A stretch of DNA of 64,000 bases from NCBI GenBank assembly GCA_963789955.1, contig CAWBMV010000001.1, positions 800,001 through 864,000 on the forward strand. The letters are read 5' to 3'. The DNA comes from an uncultured Candidatus Rokubacteria bacterium (GTDB lineage: Bacteria; Methylomirabilota; Methylomirabilia; Rokubacteriales; CSP1-6). The number at the start of each line of letters is the position of its first letter. Position 1 is the stretch's first letter. A program made the translations under genes and the position numbers. The notes beneath the pieces are model-generated. The model was not told where the DNA came from and made no database searches. It was given only the letters and a program-made list of their open reading frames with translations. This document shows, one piece after another, positions 47,341 through 56,485 of the stretch.

Positions 47341-47700
47341 ATGCTCGAGGAAGATCAGGCGCGCGAGCTGGCCGACCACTGGGTGAAGGCGTGGAACAGC
47401 CACGACCTCGATCGCATCATGGCGCACTACGCGGACGACGTCGTGCTGATCTCGCCGGTCGCCGTCAAGATTCTCGGTGATCCATCGGGCCGAGTCACCG
47501 GCAAGGCCGCGCTCCGCGCGTATTTCAAGCGTGCGCTCGACGTCTACCCGAACTTGAGCTTCGAGCTCGTCGATCTCATGTGGGGGCTCGAGAGCGTCGT
47601 CCTCTACTACGTGAACCAGAAGGGATCGAAGACCGGCGAGTACATGGAGATCGGCCCCACCGGCAAAGTCTCGAAGGTGGTCGCGAACTACAGCGGATAG
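47341..47700 (+). CDS. SnoaL-like/NTF2 family protein
   Basis: WVKAWNSHDLDRIMAHYADDV and GKAALRAYF. Confidence 0.88.
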   Translation: MLEEDQARELADHWVKAWNSHDLDRIMAHYADDVVLISPVAVKILGDPSGRVTGKAALRAYFKRALDVYPNLSFELVDLMWGLESVVLYYVNQKGSKTGEYMEIGPTGKVSKVVANYSG

Positions 47701-47712
47701 CCGACGACCGGA

Positions 47713-47982
47713 GTGACCGAGGAGGCGAGAGTGAGTGCTGAGACCCTGATCGGATCGCTCGGCGTGGCGCTCTTGCTGCTGGCGTTCCTGCTCAATCTCG
47801 TTCGCGTGCTCACGACCGAGAGCTATCCGTACACCGCGCTCAACTTCGCCGGCGCCTCGCTGGCCGGCTTCGCGTCGTACCTGATCGGCTTCATGCCCTT
47901 CGTCGTGCTGGAGGGCACGTGGGCCACTGTCGCGGCGGTCGCGCTGGTGCGACGCATGCTGGGTGTCGGTCGCACGGCGTGA
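47713..47982 (+). CDS. Small membrane protein (CBU_0592-like)
   Basis: IGSLGVALLLLAF...YTALNFAGA...PFVVLEGTW. Confidence 0.7.
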   Translation: MTEEARVSAETLIGSLGVALLLLAFLLNLVRVLTTESYPYTALNFAGASLAGFASYLIGFMPFVVLEGTWATVAAVALVRRMLGVGRTA

Positions 47983-47983
47983 G

Positions 47984-48241
47984 ATGGCCCACTGTCCGGT
48001 CGAGCTGCTCGACGATCTCGGTGACGTTCTCGCCGAGGTGCGGGGCTGGCCCGGCGTCAAGGAACACAGCCCCGGCGTCTTCTACGTGCGCCGAGAGCCG
48101 TTTCTCCATTTTCACCTGCTCAAGGGCGGCCGCCGCCGTGGCGACATCAAGGGAAGCCGCGGCTGGGTGAGTCTGGATCTCCCGCGGCCGATCTCGGCCA
48201 CGCGCCGACAGATGCTCCGGCGCGCGCTGCGCGCGCACTGA
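47984..48241 (+). CDS. Small hypothetical protein
   Basis: Operonic spacing; GVFYVRREPFLHFH motif. Confidence 0.65.
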   Translation: MAHCPVELLDDLGDVLAEVRGWPGVKEHSPGVFYVRREPFLHFHLLKGGRRRGDIKGSRGWVSLDLPRPISATRRQMLRRALRAH

Positions 48242-48262
48242 TCGTGAAAAGCGAGGCGACGC

Positions 48263-48766
48263 ATGACCAGCGACATGGTTCGGACGCTCTATCGCTACAG
48301 CGCCTGGGCGACCGCGCGCATCCTCGAGCATGCGGCCCGGCTCCGCCCGGACGAGCTGGCCAAGCCGAGCGGCGCCAGCTTCAGCTCGGTGCGCGAGACG
48401 CTCGTGCACATCATGGCCGCCCAGTGGATCTGGCTCGCGCGCTGGAAGGGTAGCTCGCCCACCTCGCTGCTGGACGCGCGGGAATTTCCCGACATCGCGT
48501 CGATTCGCGCGCGCTGGGACCAGATCGACGGCGAGACGCAACGCTTCGTGGCTGGCGTGACCGACGCCGACCTCGCTCGCGTCGTCGAGTACAAGAACAC
48601 CCGCGGCGAGCGCTGGGCCTATCCCCTGTGGCAGCAGGTCGTCCACCAGGTGAACCACGCGACCCAGCATCGGGGCGAGGTCGCCGCGGCGCTGACCGAG
48701 CTCGGCCATTCGCCGGGCGACCTGGACCTTCTGATCTACATCGACGAGACCGAGCCGCGGCGCTGA
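48263..48766 (+). CDS. DinB/DUF664 family protein
   Basis: YSAWAT, SVRETLVHI and HQVNHATQHRGEV. Confidence 0.9.
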   Translation: MTSDMVRTLYRYSAWATARILEHAARLRPDELAKPSGASFSSVRETLVHIMAAQWIWLARWKGSSPTSLLDAREFPDIASIRARWDQIDGETQRFVAGVTDADLARVVEYKNTRGERWAYPLWQQVVHQVNHATQHRGEVAAALTELGHSPGDLDLLIYIDETEPRR

Positions 48767-48776
48767 TCCGCGCCGT

Positions 48777-50102
48777 CTACGGCTGCGGCTCGGCTGGTGC
48801 GTGCGCACCGAGCTCGGCGAGCGTCGCCGCGGCGATCGGCGCGTCGATCGGATCGAACGCGGGATTCAGGCTGAGCGCCTGCGCCAGCTGGCGCTGCGCC
48901 GTCACGCGGTCGCCGAGCTTGGCGTGGATCATCCCGGCGTGGAAGAGCAAGCTCGCGTCGGGCGTGCGCTGCGCCAGCGCCTTGGCCACGACCCGTCGCG
49001 CGTCGCTGTACCGGCCGTTCTTGTAGTACGTCCAGGCCAGCGCGTCCGCGACGAACACGTTCGGCCGGCGCTTGAACTCACGCTCCGCGATCGCCAGCGC
49101 CTCCGGCAGCCGGCGATCCCGGTCGGCGAGGAAGCGCACGATCTGGACGTCGCCGGTCACCCCGTTGGCCTTGTTCAGCGCGTCGATCGTTTCCACGAGC
49201 GCCCACTGCTGCTCGGCACGCTTCTGGTCGTCGGTGACGAAGTAGAGCTGGCCGAGCGCGACGACGACTTCGTGCTGCGGCGCGATCGCCGCGGCGCGGC
49301 GATATGACTCGATGGCGCCCGCGTAGCTGCCTCGCGCGGCCCTGACGCGTCCCTGGGCGAAGAGCACGTGGTAGTTGCTCGGCGTCCGGGCGATCGCGTG
49401 CTCGACGATCTGCTCGGCGGCGACCAGGTTGCCGGTCGCCAGGTGCATCAGCGCGAGCTGGGCGCGGCACCACGCCGTGTTCTCCGCGTACGGCGCGCCG
49501 GCCTTGATCGCGCGGTCCATGAGCCAGGTGGCGCGCCGGACGTCGCCGGTGACGAAGAGAAAGTGCGCGCTCCGACTGTAGGCCGAGATGTCCGGCCGGA
49601 GGTCGAGCATCTTCTGATAGTGCTCGGCGGCCAGGTCGTAGTCACCGAGCTCGAGCGCGGCGTCGCCGAGCAGTCCGTACGCGGCCGCGTTCGTCGCGTC
49701 GACCGCGAGCGCCTTCCTCGCCGATTCGGTCGACTTCTCGAACTCGTGACGGGCGCTCTGCACCCACGCCAGGCCGACCAGCGCCTCGCCGTTGGTCAGG
49801 TCGAGCGCCCGAGCCTGCTCGAACGCCTGCTCGGCGCGGCCGTAGTAGCTCGCGTCCGCCGTTTCGCGCGCCTTCTGCATGAACGCGTCGCCGAGCGCTG
49901 TCCACGCCGCGCGATCCTGCCGTTGCTGCCGGGTCTTCGTCGTCAGCCGCTCGATGGTCTGGTCGACCGTGAGCCGCTCGGGCACCACGGCGCCGGAGCC
50001 GTCGCCCGTCGCCCTGGCGCTCGGCGTGACACCGAGCACCAGGGCGGCGGCCGTGGCCGCGGCGAGCACCACACGCGATGCGACGTGGCTCGCCGAGGTC
50101 AT
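48777..50102 (-). CDS. Secreted tetratricopeptide-repeat protein
   Basis: Signal peptide; repeated TPR helices (AYGLLGDAALELGDY, ADALAWTYYKNG). Confidence 0.88.
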   Translation of the reverse strand: MTSASHVASRVVLAAATAAALVLGVTPSARATGDGSGAVVPERLTVDQTIERLTTKTRQQRQDRAAWTALGDAFMQKARETADASYYGRAEQAFEQARALDLTNGEALVGLAWVQSARHEFEKSTESARKALAVDATNAAAYGLLGDAALELGDYDLAAEHYQKMLDLRPDISAYSRSAHFLFVTGDVRRATWLMDRAIKAGAPYAENTAWCRAQLALMHLATGNLVAAEQIVEHAIARTPSNYHVLFAQGRVRAARGSYAGAIESYRRAAAIAPQHEVVVALGQLYFVTDDQKRAEQQWALVETIDALNKANGVTGDVQIVRFLADRDRRLPEALAIAEREFKRRPNVFVADALAWTYYKNGRYSDARRVVAKALAQRTPDASLLFHAGMIHAKLGDRVTAQRQLAQALSLNPAFDPIDAPIAAATLAELGAHAPAEPQP

Positions 50103-50105
50103 GAC

Positions 50106-51588
50106 TCAGGGGTCCTTGCGGTTCGTCGGCCCGGCGTGAGGCGTGGCCGAGTAGGGAAAGACCTGGTTGTAGACCTGGTCGTTGGCGTTGATGTTGTCAC
50201 CCACGACGGTGATCGCCGCGTACGTCGGGCCGCTGGCGACCGCGGTGAGCGCGATGTCGACGACGTCGTCGCCGAGGCGCCGGCCGTTCGGCCAGCCGCC
50301 GGAGACTCCGCCGGTCGTGTCGCCGCCGATGAAGCCGAGACGGCTGAATCCCGCCTGGCCGGCCAGCCGCACGGGGCCGGTCGCCGTGTTCACGCGCAGG
50401 ACGTCGGGGATGAAGATCGCGACGAGATCTTCGCGGTTCGTCGTCGCGAAATTCGTCCCGAAGACGGTGTTGATCAGCACACCGACCTCGGGATTGCGGG
50501 CGTAGGTCGCGAACGCCGCGTCCTCGGTCGGCGTCCGGCGGTTGTAGTTGTCCTTGTCGCGTAGCGCGACCAGCACTTCGTTGAAGAGGGGGTTGCCCAT
50601 GCGATTGACCTGCACGAACGGGCCCTCGCTCAGCGGCTCCCGGTTCGCGAGCCGGATGGTGACGCTCGGACGCGACACCGACGCGTAGACGCCGACGCCG
50701 GTCTGCGGCCCGAAGAACGGGCTCTGGTAGTCGAGGCTCGGCAGCTGATGGAGCGGAATCTGGATCGCGTACGCGAGCACGTTGAAGCCCTTGAAGCCAT
50801 CGACGCCGGTCCCGGCTTGACCGAGCCCTCCGGCGAGGATCCGCGGGTCGAGCAGGTCGAAGATCGCGGGCGTGTCGGCGAAGAACCCGTCCTCGCGCGG
50901 CCCGGCGAAGACCGCTTCACCGGAGGCCAGGCCGAACACCGTCTGACGCGTGTAGCGATCGAGCGCGGCGAAGGTGGTCGCGCCCGACACGGCCTTGCCG
51001 GTCGCGTCGTTGTAGGCGGGCGTGGTCCGCGCGCCGACGTTCGGGGGCGGGGTCAGCAGGTCGTTCGCTACCACCACGGTCTGGGCCGCGGCGCCCCTTG
51101 TCGCCGTCCTTCACCACCACCTTCGTGACGTCGTAGGTCTGCACGAAGTTCTGCCGGGCGTCGCCGACGTTGTTGATCGCCCCGAGCTCGGCGCCGAGCC
51201 CGTACGACAGGATCGTGTTCGGATTCTTCAAGCCGGGCGCCGACTGCGGATTCACGTTCGAGAACTTGAAGTCGTAGCGGATCACGTCGGCCCCGGTCGC
51301 CGGGTCGGCGATGTGAATGCTGTAGCGCGCGTCGTCGGCGAAGCGATCGTAGATCACGCCGTCGCCGGGCTCCGAGAACGGACGGACGTGGACGATGACG
51401 TTCAGGACCTTCTCGCGCGGGTTGTTGTACTTCGTGCCGATGAACGCGTAGACGTCGGTGAGATTCGCCTGCGGGTCCTGCTTGATGAGTGGCGCGTCGC
51501 TGTGGCTCGCGGCGCCGGCCGTTCCACCGACGAATGCGAGCAACGTCACGAGGGCCACGAGAGCCATGCCGCGTGGAGAGTGCCTCAT
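50106..51588 (-). CDS. Secreted DUF4331 domain protein; frameshift at ~51080-51110
   Basis: ASHSDAPLIKQDP..LTDVYAF, FAGPREDGFF, QVNRMGNPLFNE and WPNGRRLGDDVVD. Confidence 0.87.
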
Positions 51589-51610
51589 AGTCGATCCTCC
51601 TGGGTGTGGG

Positions 51611-53253
51611 TCATGTGAGCTTCCAGACGAGAGCGCCGCTCGCGAGCGCCTGGACCGCGATCGCCGCGCCCAGCAGGGTCATCACGGCGGAGGAGGTCAG
51701 CGGGAGCCAGCGCGTGACGAGCGGGCCGCTCTCGTCGAAGCGCGCCACCAGACGGCGCGCGTACACCATGAGCATGCCGATCGCGATCAGCACGGCCGCC
51801 AGGCCCACGCTGAAGGCCACGATCAGCAGCAGTCCGAAGCCGACCCGGCGCAGCGAGAGCGCGCTCAGGAGCACCACGAGCGCCGCGGGGCACGGGACGA
51901 TCCCGCCCGTGATGCCGAGCGCACAGAGCTGCCGCAACGAGACGTGGCCGGGCTCGTGATGGTGGTGCGCGTGGTGGCTTCGTCTCCGTGCTGGTGATCG
52001 TGGTCGTGCTCATGCTCCGGAGCGCGGGAATGAGCGGGGCGCGTGGTGATGATGCGCGCCGTGATGGTGGTGGTCGTGCTCGGAGGCGTCGCCGGCGTAG
52101 CGCCGCCAGAACAAGGACAGGCCGAGTGCCGCGATCGTCAGCCCCGAGGCCAGCGCGACCCACGGATAGAGGCGCTCGGGGACCACGTACTGCGAGGCGT
52201 AGAAGGTCACGCCACCCAGCAGATAGACGCCGGCGGTGTGCGACGCGGTGACGATCAGCCCGAGGATCAGCGCGTGGCGCGCGGTGCCCCGCGAGCCCAC
52301 GAGGTACGCCGCGACGACGGTCTTGCCATGGCCGGGCTCGAGCGCGTGGAACGCGCCGAGCGCGGCGGCCACGGCGAGGGCGACCGCGACGACGCTCAGG
52401 GTGAGCTCGCGCGTTGTGATCAGGTCGGTGAACGCGCCGCGCGAGACTGACTGGACGTTGACCTTCGCGACGACCGGCGCCGCGGCGGTCGTCTCGGTCG
52501 GCGACGTCACAGAAGCCGACGCGGCGGACGACGCTGGTACCGGAGGCCGGCGCTTCCGACGGCGCCGATGTATCGGACGGCGACGGACGCGGTGGCGGCG
52601 CTGGCGTGTTCGCCACGACGGCAGGCGCCGGCGGACGAGAGAACCGCACGCGTGCCTCGCGCGCTTGCGGCGGGCTGTCGAGAAGATCGGTCGGGTAGTC
52701 GCTCAGCTCGCGGCTGCGGTCGCGGTCCGGGACCGAGCTTTCGATCACGGTGCTCCCGGCGCGTGCCGACCGCGACGACTTCCTTCCATCCGGTTCGCGC
52801 CGCGAAGTTGTCGTCGCGATACCACAGAGTTTCGACACCCCCGCGCGGGCTCGCGAGCGGTGCGGCCATGAGGAGGGCGATCTTCATCGTCGGGAGATCC
52901 GCGGCGCCCGGCGGGAAGATCACCTCGGCCGAGCGGACGTCGAGCGCCAGCCGCTTGCCGTCGACCTCCAACCTCAGATTCGCTTTCAGCGCGTCGGCCG
53001 TGTCCCGGAGATAGCGCGACACGCGCGGATCGGCCGGGTCGGCGGGGATCTCGCGCGACTGCAGCTCCTGGAACGTCGGGATCTCGGCCATGTCGATGAA
53101 GTACCGCAGGGCAATCGCGTCCCGCTCGATCTGGATGCCGGTGTACTGACTGATGCTGAAGTTACCGAGCGGATGCGCCGGCGCCGGCGCGGGCGTTGCC
53201 AGCGCCAGGGCGGCGAAGAGCCAGAGCGACCGGACGATCCGTTGTCTGACCAT
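51611..53253 (-). CDS. NiCoT/RcnA-like Ni/Co permease with exported N-terminal domain and His-rich loop; frameshifted
   Basis: AHPLGNFSISQY N-domain, GAFHALEPGHGKT, HDHHHHGAHHHH, GITGGIVPCPAAL and FSVGLA. Confidence 0.85.
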
Positions 53254-53269
53254 GTTCTTCTGCAGACCC

Positions 53270-53295
53270 TACGGATCGCGACGGGGTTCGGATTC
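53270..53295 (-). promoter_or_regulatory. Candidate SigK/ECF11-like promoter GAATCC-N15-CCGTA
   Basis: Minus strand reads GAATCCgaaccccgtcgcgatCCGTA, 16 nt upstream of the Ni-permease ATG. Confidence 0.5.
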
Positions 53296-53349
53296 ACGGC
53301 GGTCGGGACGATTCCGGGCTCGCCCCCATGGCGGAGGCGGCCTGCCGCG

Positions 53350-54255
53350 TCAGCGGCTGATGCCGACTTCGCGGAGGTAGCGGAGCACGCCGGGGTGGAT
53401 CAGATCGGCTCGGGGCGCGGCGGCGAGCGTGTTGGCCGCGGTCGTTTCCTCGGCTTGCGGCAGACGGCGAGCGAGCGCGGCTTCGCCGCGATGCAGCGCC
53501 CGGGCGAGGCGATACGTCACGTCGTCGGACAGATCCGGCCGCCCGAGGATGAAGCTCCACGAGCCCACGGACGGGAGCGGCGCGGTGAGCCCTGGATAGG
53601 CGCCCGCGGGAACCGTCATGGGCTTGAGGAACGCGTGCTTGGCGAGGATGCGCGCGATCCCGCTCGCGTCGGGCGCGATGAACCTGCCGCCGCCCGGCCC
53701 CTTGGCGACGGCGCCGAAGCCCGGCCAGCCCTGGCCGCCGCCCCACAGCGCCGCGGCGCGGCCGTCGAGCACCATGGCCGGCCCGTCGCCGGCCCGATCG
53801 AGGTAGATCGCCTGAAAATCGCGTTCTTGATCGAGGCCGAGCCCATCGAGCACGTACTTGGCCAGGATGACCAGCCCCGAGCCGCGCGCGCCGAAGATCA
53901 CGGGCTTGCCTCGCAGGTCTTCGATTCGCCGGTACGGACTGTCGGCGCGCACCACGAACATCCCCGGCGTCGAGTACATCGCGGCGACGATGCGAAGATC
54001 GGCCGGTGGCCGGCCGATCCCGTTGAACGCCTCGTGCGCGACCTCGCCCTGGACGAGCGCAATGTCGAGGTGGCGGGCCTCGAGCATCGGGACGTTCTCG
54101 GTGCTGCCCTTGGTGTTGCGCTGCTCGATCGTGATGCCGGGGTCGGTCTCGTGAATGGTGTCGGCGACGGCCGCGCCATAGACGGGAAATCCGCCGCCGG
54201 GCGTCGCGGTTCCGAGGATCACCACGGCTTTCGCGGAGCTTGCCGTCGTCGACAT
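53350..54255 (-). CDS. TAXI-family TRAP solute receptor
   Basis: GTATPGGGFPVYG, TKGSTENV, DLRGKPV.FGARGSG and IHPGVLRYLREVG. Confidence 0.9.
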   Translation of the reverse strand: MSTTASSAKAVVILGTATPGGGFPVYGAAVADTIHETDPGITIEQRNTKGSTENVPMLEARHLDIALVQGEVAHEAFNGIGRPPADLRIVAAMYSTPGMFVVRADSPYRRIEDLRGKPVIFGARGSGLVILAKYVLDGLGLDQERDFQAIYLDRAGDGPAMVLDGRAAALWGGGQGWPGFGAVAKGPGGGRFIAPDASGIARILAKHAFLKPMTVPAGAYPGLTAPLPSVGSWSFILGRPDLSDDVTYRLARALHRGEAALARRLPQAEETTAANTLAAAPRADLIHPGVLRYLREVGISR

Positions 54256-54328
54256 GGCGGATACCCTATCATGTCCGCGCGCTATACTCGCCGCGGCCAC
54301 CACGACGACTACCACATAGAGGAGCCCC

Positions 54329-54747
54329 ATGAAGCTCTTCGTCATCGCGGTCATCATACTGCTCGCCGCGATACCCGCGAGCGCGCAGCCGGTCCAGATC
54401 ACGATCTCGCAGCCCGCCGAGGCCACCACGATGGATCCGGGCCGGAGCACGCAGGTCTTGAGGGGAAAGCGCCGGGCATCGGCACCCGAACGGGTTCAAC
54501 GGTAAATACTGGGTCGGCAGCCAGCCCGGGCAGCGTTTCCACGAGCTGATGGAGCAGGCGCGCTACTCGCTCGATCAGGCCAAGCGCCGGACCCTGTACG
54601 CCGAGGCCACGCAGATCGTCCACGACGAAAAGCCGTGGCTCGAGCTGTTCCAGGAAGTGATCGTGTGCGGCGATGAGCCGGCGGGTCGCCTTCAAGCCTC
54701 GGGCGGACTACCGGTTGATCGTGGCGGAGATGGCGCCTAGCCGGTAG
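54329..54747 (+). pseudogene. Internally deleted family-5 (Dpp/Opp-like) ABC substrate-binding protein
   Basis: SD GAGGAG + MKLFVIAVIILLAAIPASA-QPVQITISQPAEATTMDP, joined within ~30 nt to C-terminal ELMEQARYSLDQAKRRTLYAEATQIVHDEKPWLELF. Confidence 0.75.
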
Positions 54748-55159
54748 TCGGCGCCTCGAGACGGAGCAGCCGCCGGTCGACCCGGCGGAATTCTTCGGCG
54801 ACCTCGCCGCGGAAACGATCGAGCTTCTGGTCGACGACGATGACGCCTTCGCCGACGAGCTGGATCTTGTCCATCAGACTCTCGGCGACCACGTCGAAGT
54901 GACGGCGGGTCTCCGCGGCGCTCGCCGAGATCTTGGCCTCGAAGTGCCGCTGAGTCTCTGCGGCGCTCGCCAGGATCTTGCCCTCGAAGTGCCGCTGAGT
55001 CTCCGCGGTGCTCGCCAGGATCTTGTCCTCGAGGTGACGGCGGGTCTCTGCGGCGCTCGCCAGAATCTCAGCGCGCAGTTCGCCAGTGATCTCCGACTTG
55101 AGCTCGGACTTGAGCTCCGCGAAGCGTCGATCGAGGTAGCCGACGAGCTCCTGATCCAC
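54737..55159 (-). CDS. Coiled-coil hypothetical protein with four 15-aa repeats
   Basis: ILASAAETRRH[LF]E.K-like unit x4; C-terminal FRRVDRRLLRLE. Start is uncertain. Confidence 0.75.
   Translation of the reverse strand: MDQELVGYLDRRFAELKSELKSEITGELRAEILASAAETRRHLEDKILASTAETQRHFEGKILASAAETQRHFEAKISASAAETRRHFDVVAESLMDKIQLVGEGVIVVDQKLDRFRGEVAEEFRRVDRRLLRLEAPTTG
54895..55069. repeat. 45-bp coding tandem repeat x~4
   Basis: Units start at 54895, 54940, 54985 and 55030. Confidence 0.9.
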
Positions 55160-55315
55160 ACGGGTACTCTGATGGCCCGCGGCGGTCGCGTCAAGTGTGT
55201 CGCGTTGAAGACGGAGGCTCAGCCGCCCTTCAGCCTCGGATCGGGAGACCCCGAAGCGGGCCATTATCGCTCAAGGGCTCGGAGGCGCGGTCGGACTCTA
55301 GTGTAGAGTGAGGTC

Positions 55316-55975
55316 ATGATCAGAGCGGTTACCGCGCTGACGCTCGCTCTATTGGTGATGGCCACAACCGTCCCGGCCGTCGCCCAGTCGCTCGACGACG
55401 TCGTGCGCGAGATCGAGACCGTCTACAGCCGCATGACCGACCTGCGCGCCGACTTCACGCAGACCGCGTTCAACAAGAGCCTCAACCAGACGATTCCGGC
55501 GCGCGGCACTGTCTACTTGAAGAAGGGCGGCAAGCTCCGCTGGGAGTACACCGAGCCCACGCCGCAGGAAATCGTGTCGGACGGCAAGAAGCTCTGGGTC
55601 TACACGCCGACTCTGAACCAGGCCAACGTCGCCGACGCGCCCGAGGCGCTGGCCGGTCCCGCCGGGAGCTTCCTGGCCGGGCTCGGCCGCCTGCGGACCG
55701 AGTTCCAGGTGCGCTTCCTGAACCCCGCGCAGCCGAAGGACGCCGAGGGGAACTGGGCGCTGGATCTGACGCCGAAGCAGCCGTTGCCGACCCTGACGCG
55801 GCTGATCCTGTCAGTGGACCCGAAGAGCTGGGAGATCCGGAAGGCCATCGTGCACGACCAGTTCGAGAACACGGTGACGATGCGCTTCACGAAGATGGCG
55901 GTGAACAGCGGGCTGCCGGAGCGGACCTTCACCTTCGTGGCGCCCAAGGGCGTCGTGATCGTCCCGCTCAAGTAA
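55316..55975 (+). CDS. lolA: Outer-membrane lipoprotein carrier LolA
   Basis: Signal peptide, ADFTQ, GKLRWEY..P..QEIVSDGKKLWVY and FTFVAPKGV. Confidence 0.9.
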   Translation: MIRAVTALTLALLVMATTVPAVAQSLDDVVREIETVYSRMTDLRADFTQTAFNKSLNQTIPARGTVYLKKGGKLRWEYTEPTPQEIVSDGKKLWVYTPTLNQANVADAPEALAGPAGSFLAGLGRLRTEFQVRFLNPAQPKDAEGNWALDLTPKQPLPTLTRLILSVDPKSWEIRKAIVHDQFENTVTMRFTKMAVNSGLPERTFTFVAPKGVVIVPLK

Positions 55976-55987
55976 GCGGAGGGGGCC

Positions 55988-56485
55988 ATGGCCGCCGAGA
56001 ATTCATTCGACATCGCCTGCAAGATCGACATGCAAGAGGTCACGAACGCGCTCGACCAGGCGCGGCGGGAGATCGACACCCGCTACGATCTCAAGGGCGC
56101 CAAGTGCGGGATCGCCATCGAGAAGACCGATATCACCGCGACGGCGCCCGACGACATGAAGCTCAAAGCGGTCGTCGACATTCTGCAGTCGCGCCTGCAC
56201 AAGCGCGGCGTGCCGCTGAAGGCGCTCACGTACGGTGAGGTCGAGCAGGCCTCCGGCGGCACGCTCCGCCAGAAGATCGCGCTCCAGCAGGGCATTCCGA
56301 TCGAGCGCGCCAAGGAGATCGTGCGCCTCATCAAGGACTCCAAGGTCCGGGTGCAGGCCTCGATCCAGGAAGACCAGGTGCGCGTGGCCGGCAAGAACCG
56401 CGACGATCTGCAGAAGATCATCGCGCTGATCAAGGAAAAGGATCTCGGCATCGCGCTGCAGTTCACGAACTATCGCAGCGCCTGA
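55988..56485 (+). CDS. yajQ: YajQ family nucleotide/c-di-GMP-binding protein
   Basis: SFDI, RYDLKG, VQASIQEDQVRV.GK.RDDLQ and QFTNYR. Confidence 0.95.
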   Translation: MAAENSFDIACKIDMQEVTNALDQARREIDTRYDLKGAKCGIAIEKTDITATAPDDMKLKAVVDILQSRLHKRGVPLKALTYGEVEQASGGTLRQKIALQQGIPIERAKEIVRLIKDSKVRVQASIQEDQVRVAGKNRDDLQKIIALIKEKDLGIALQFTNYRSA

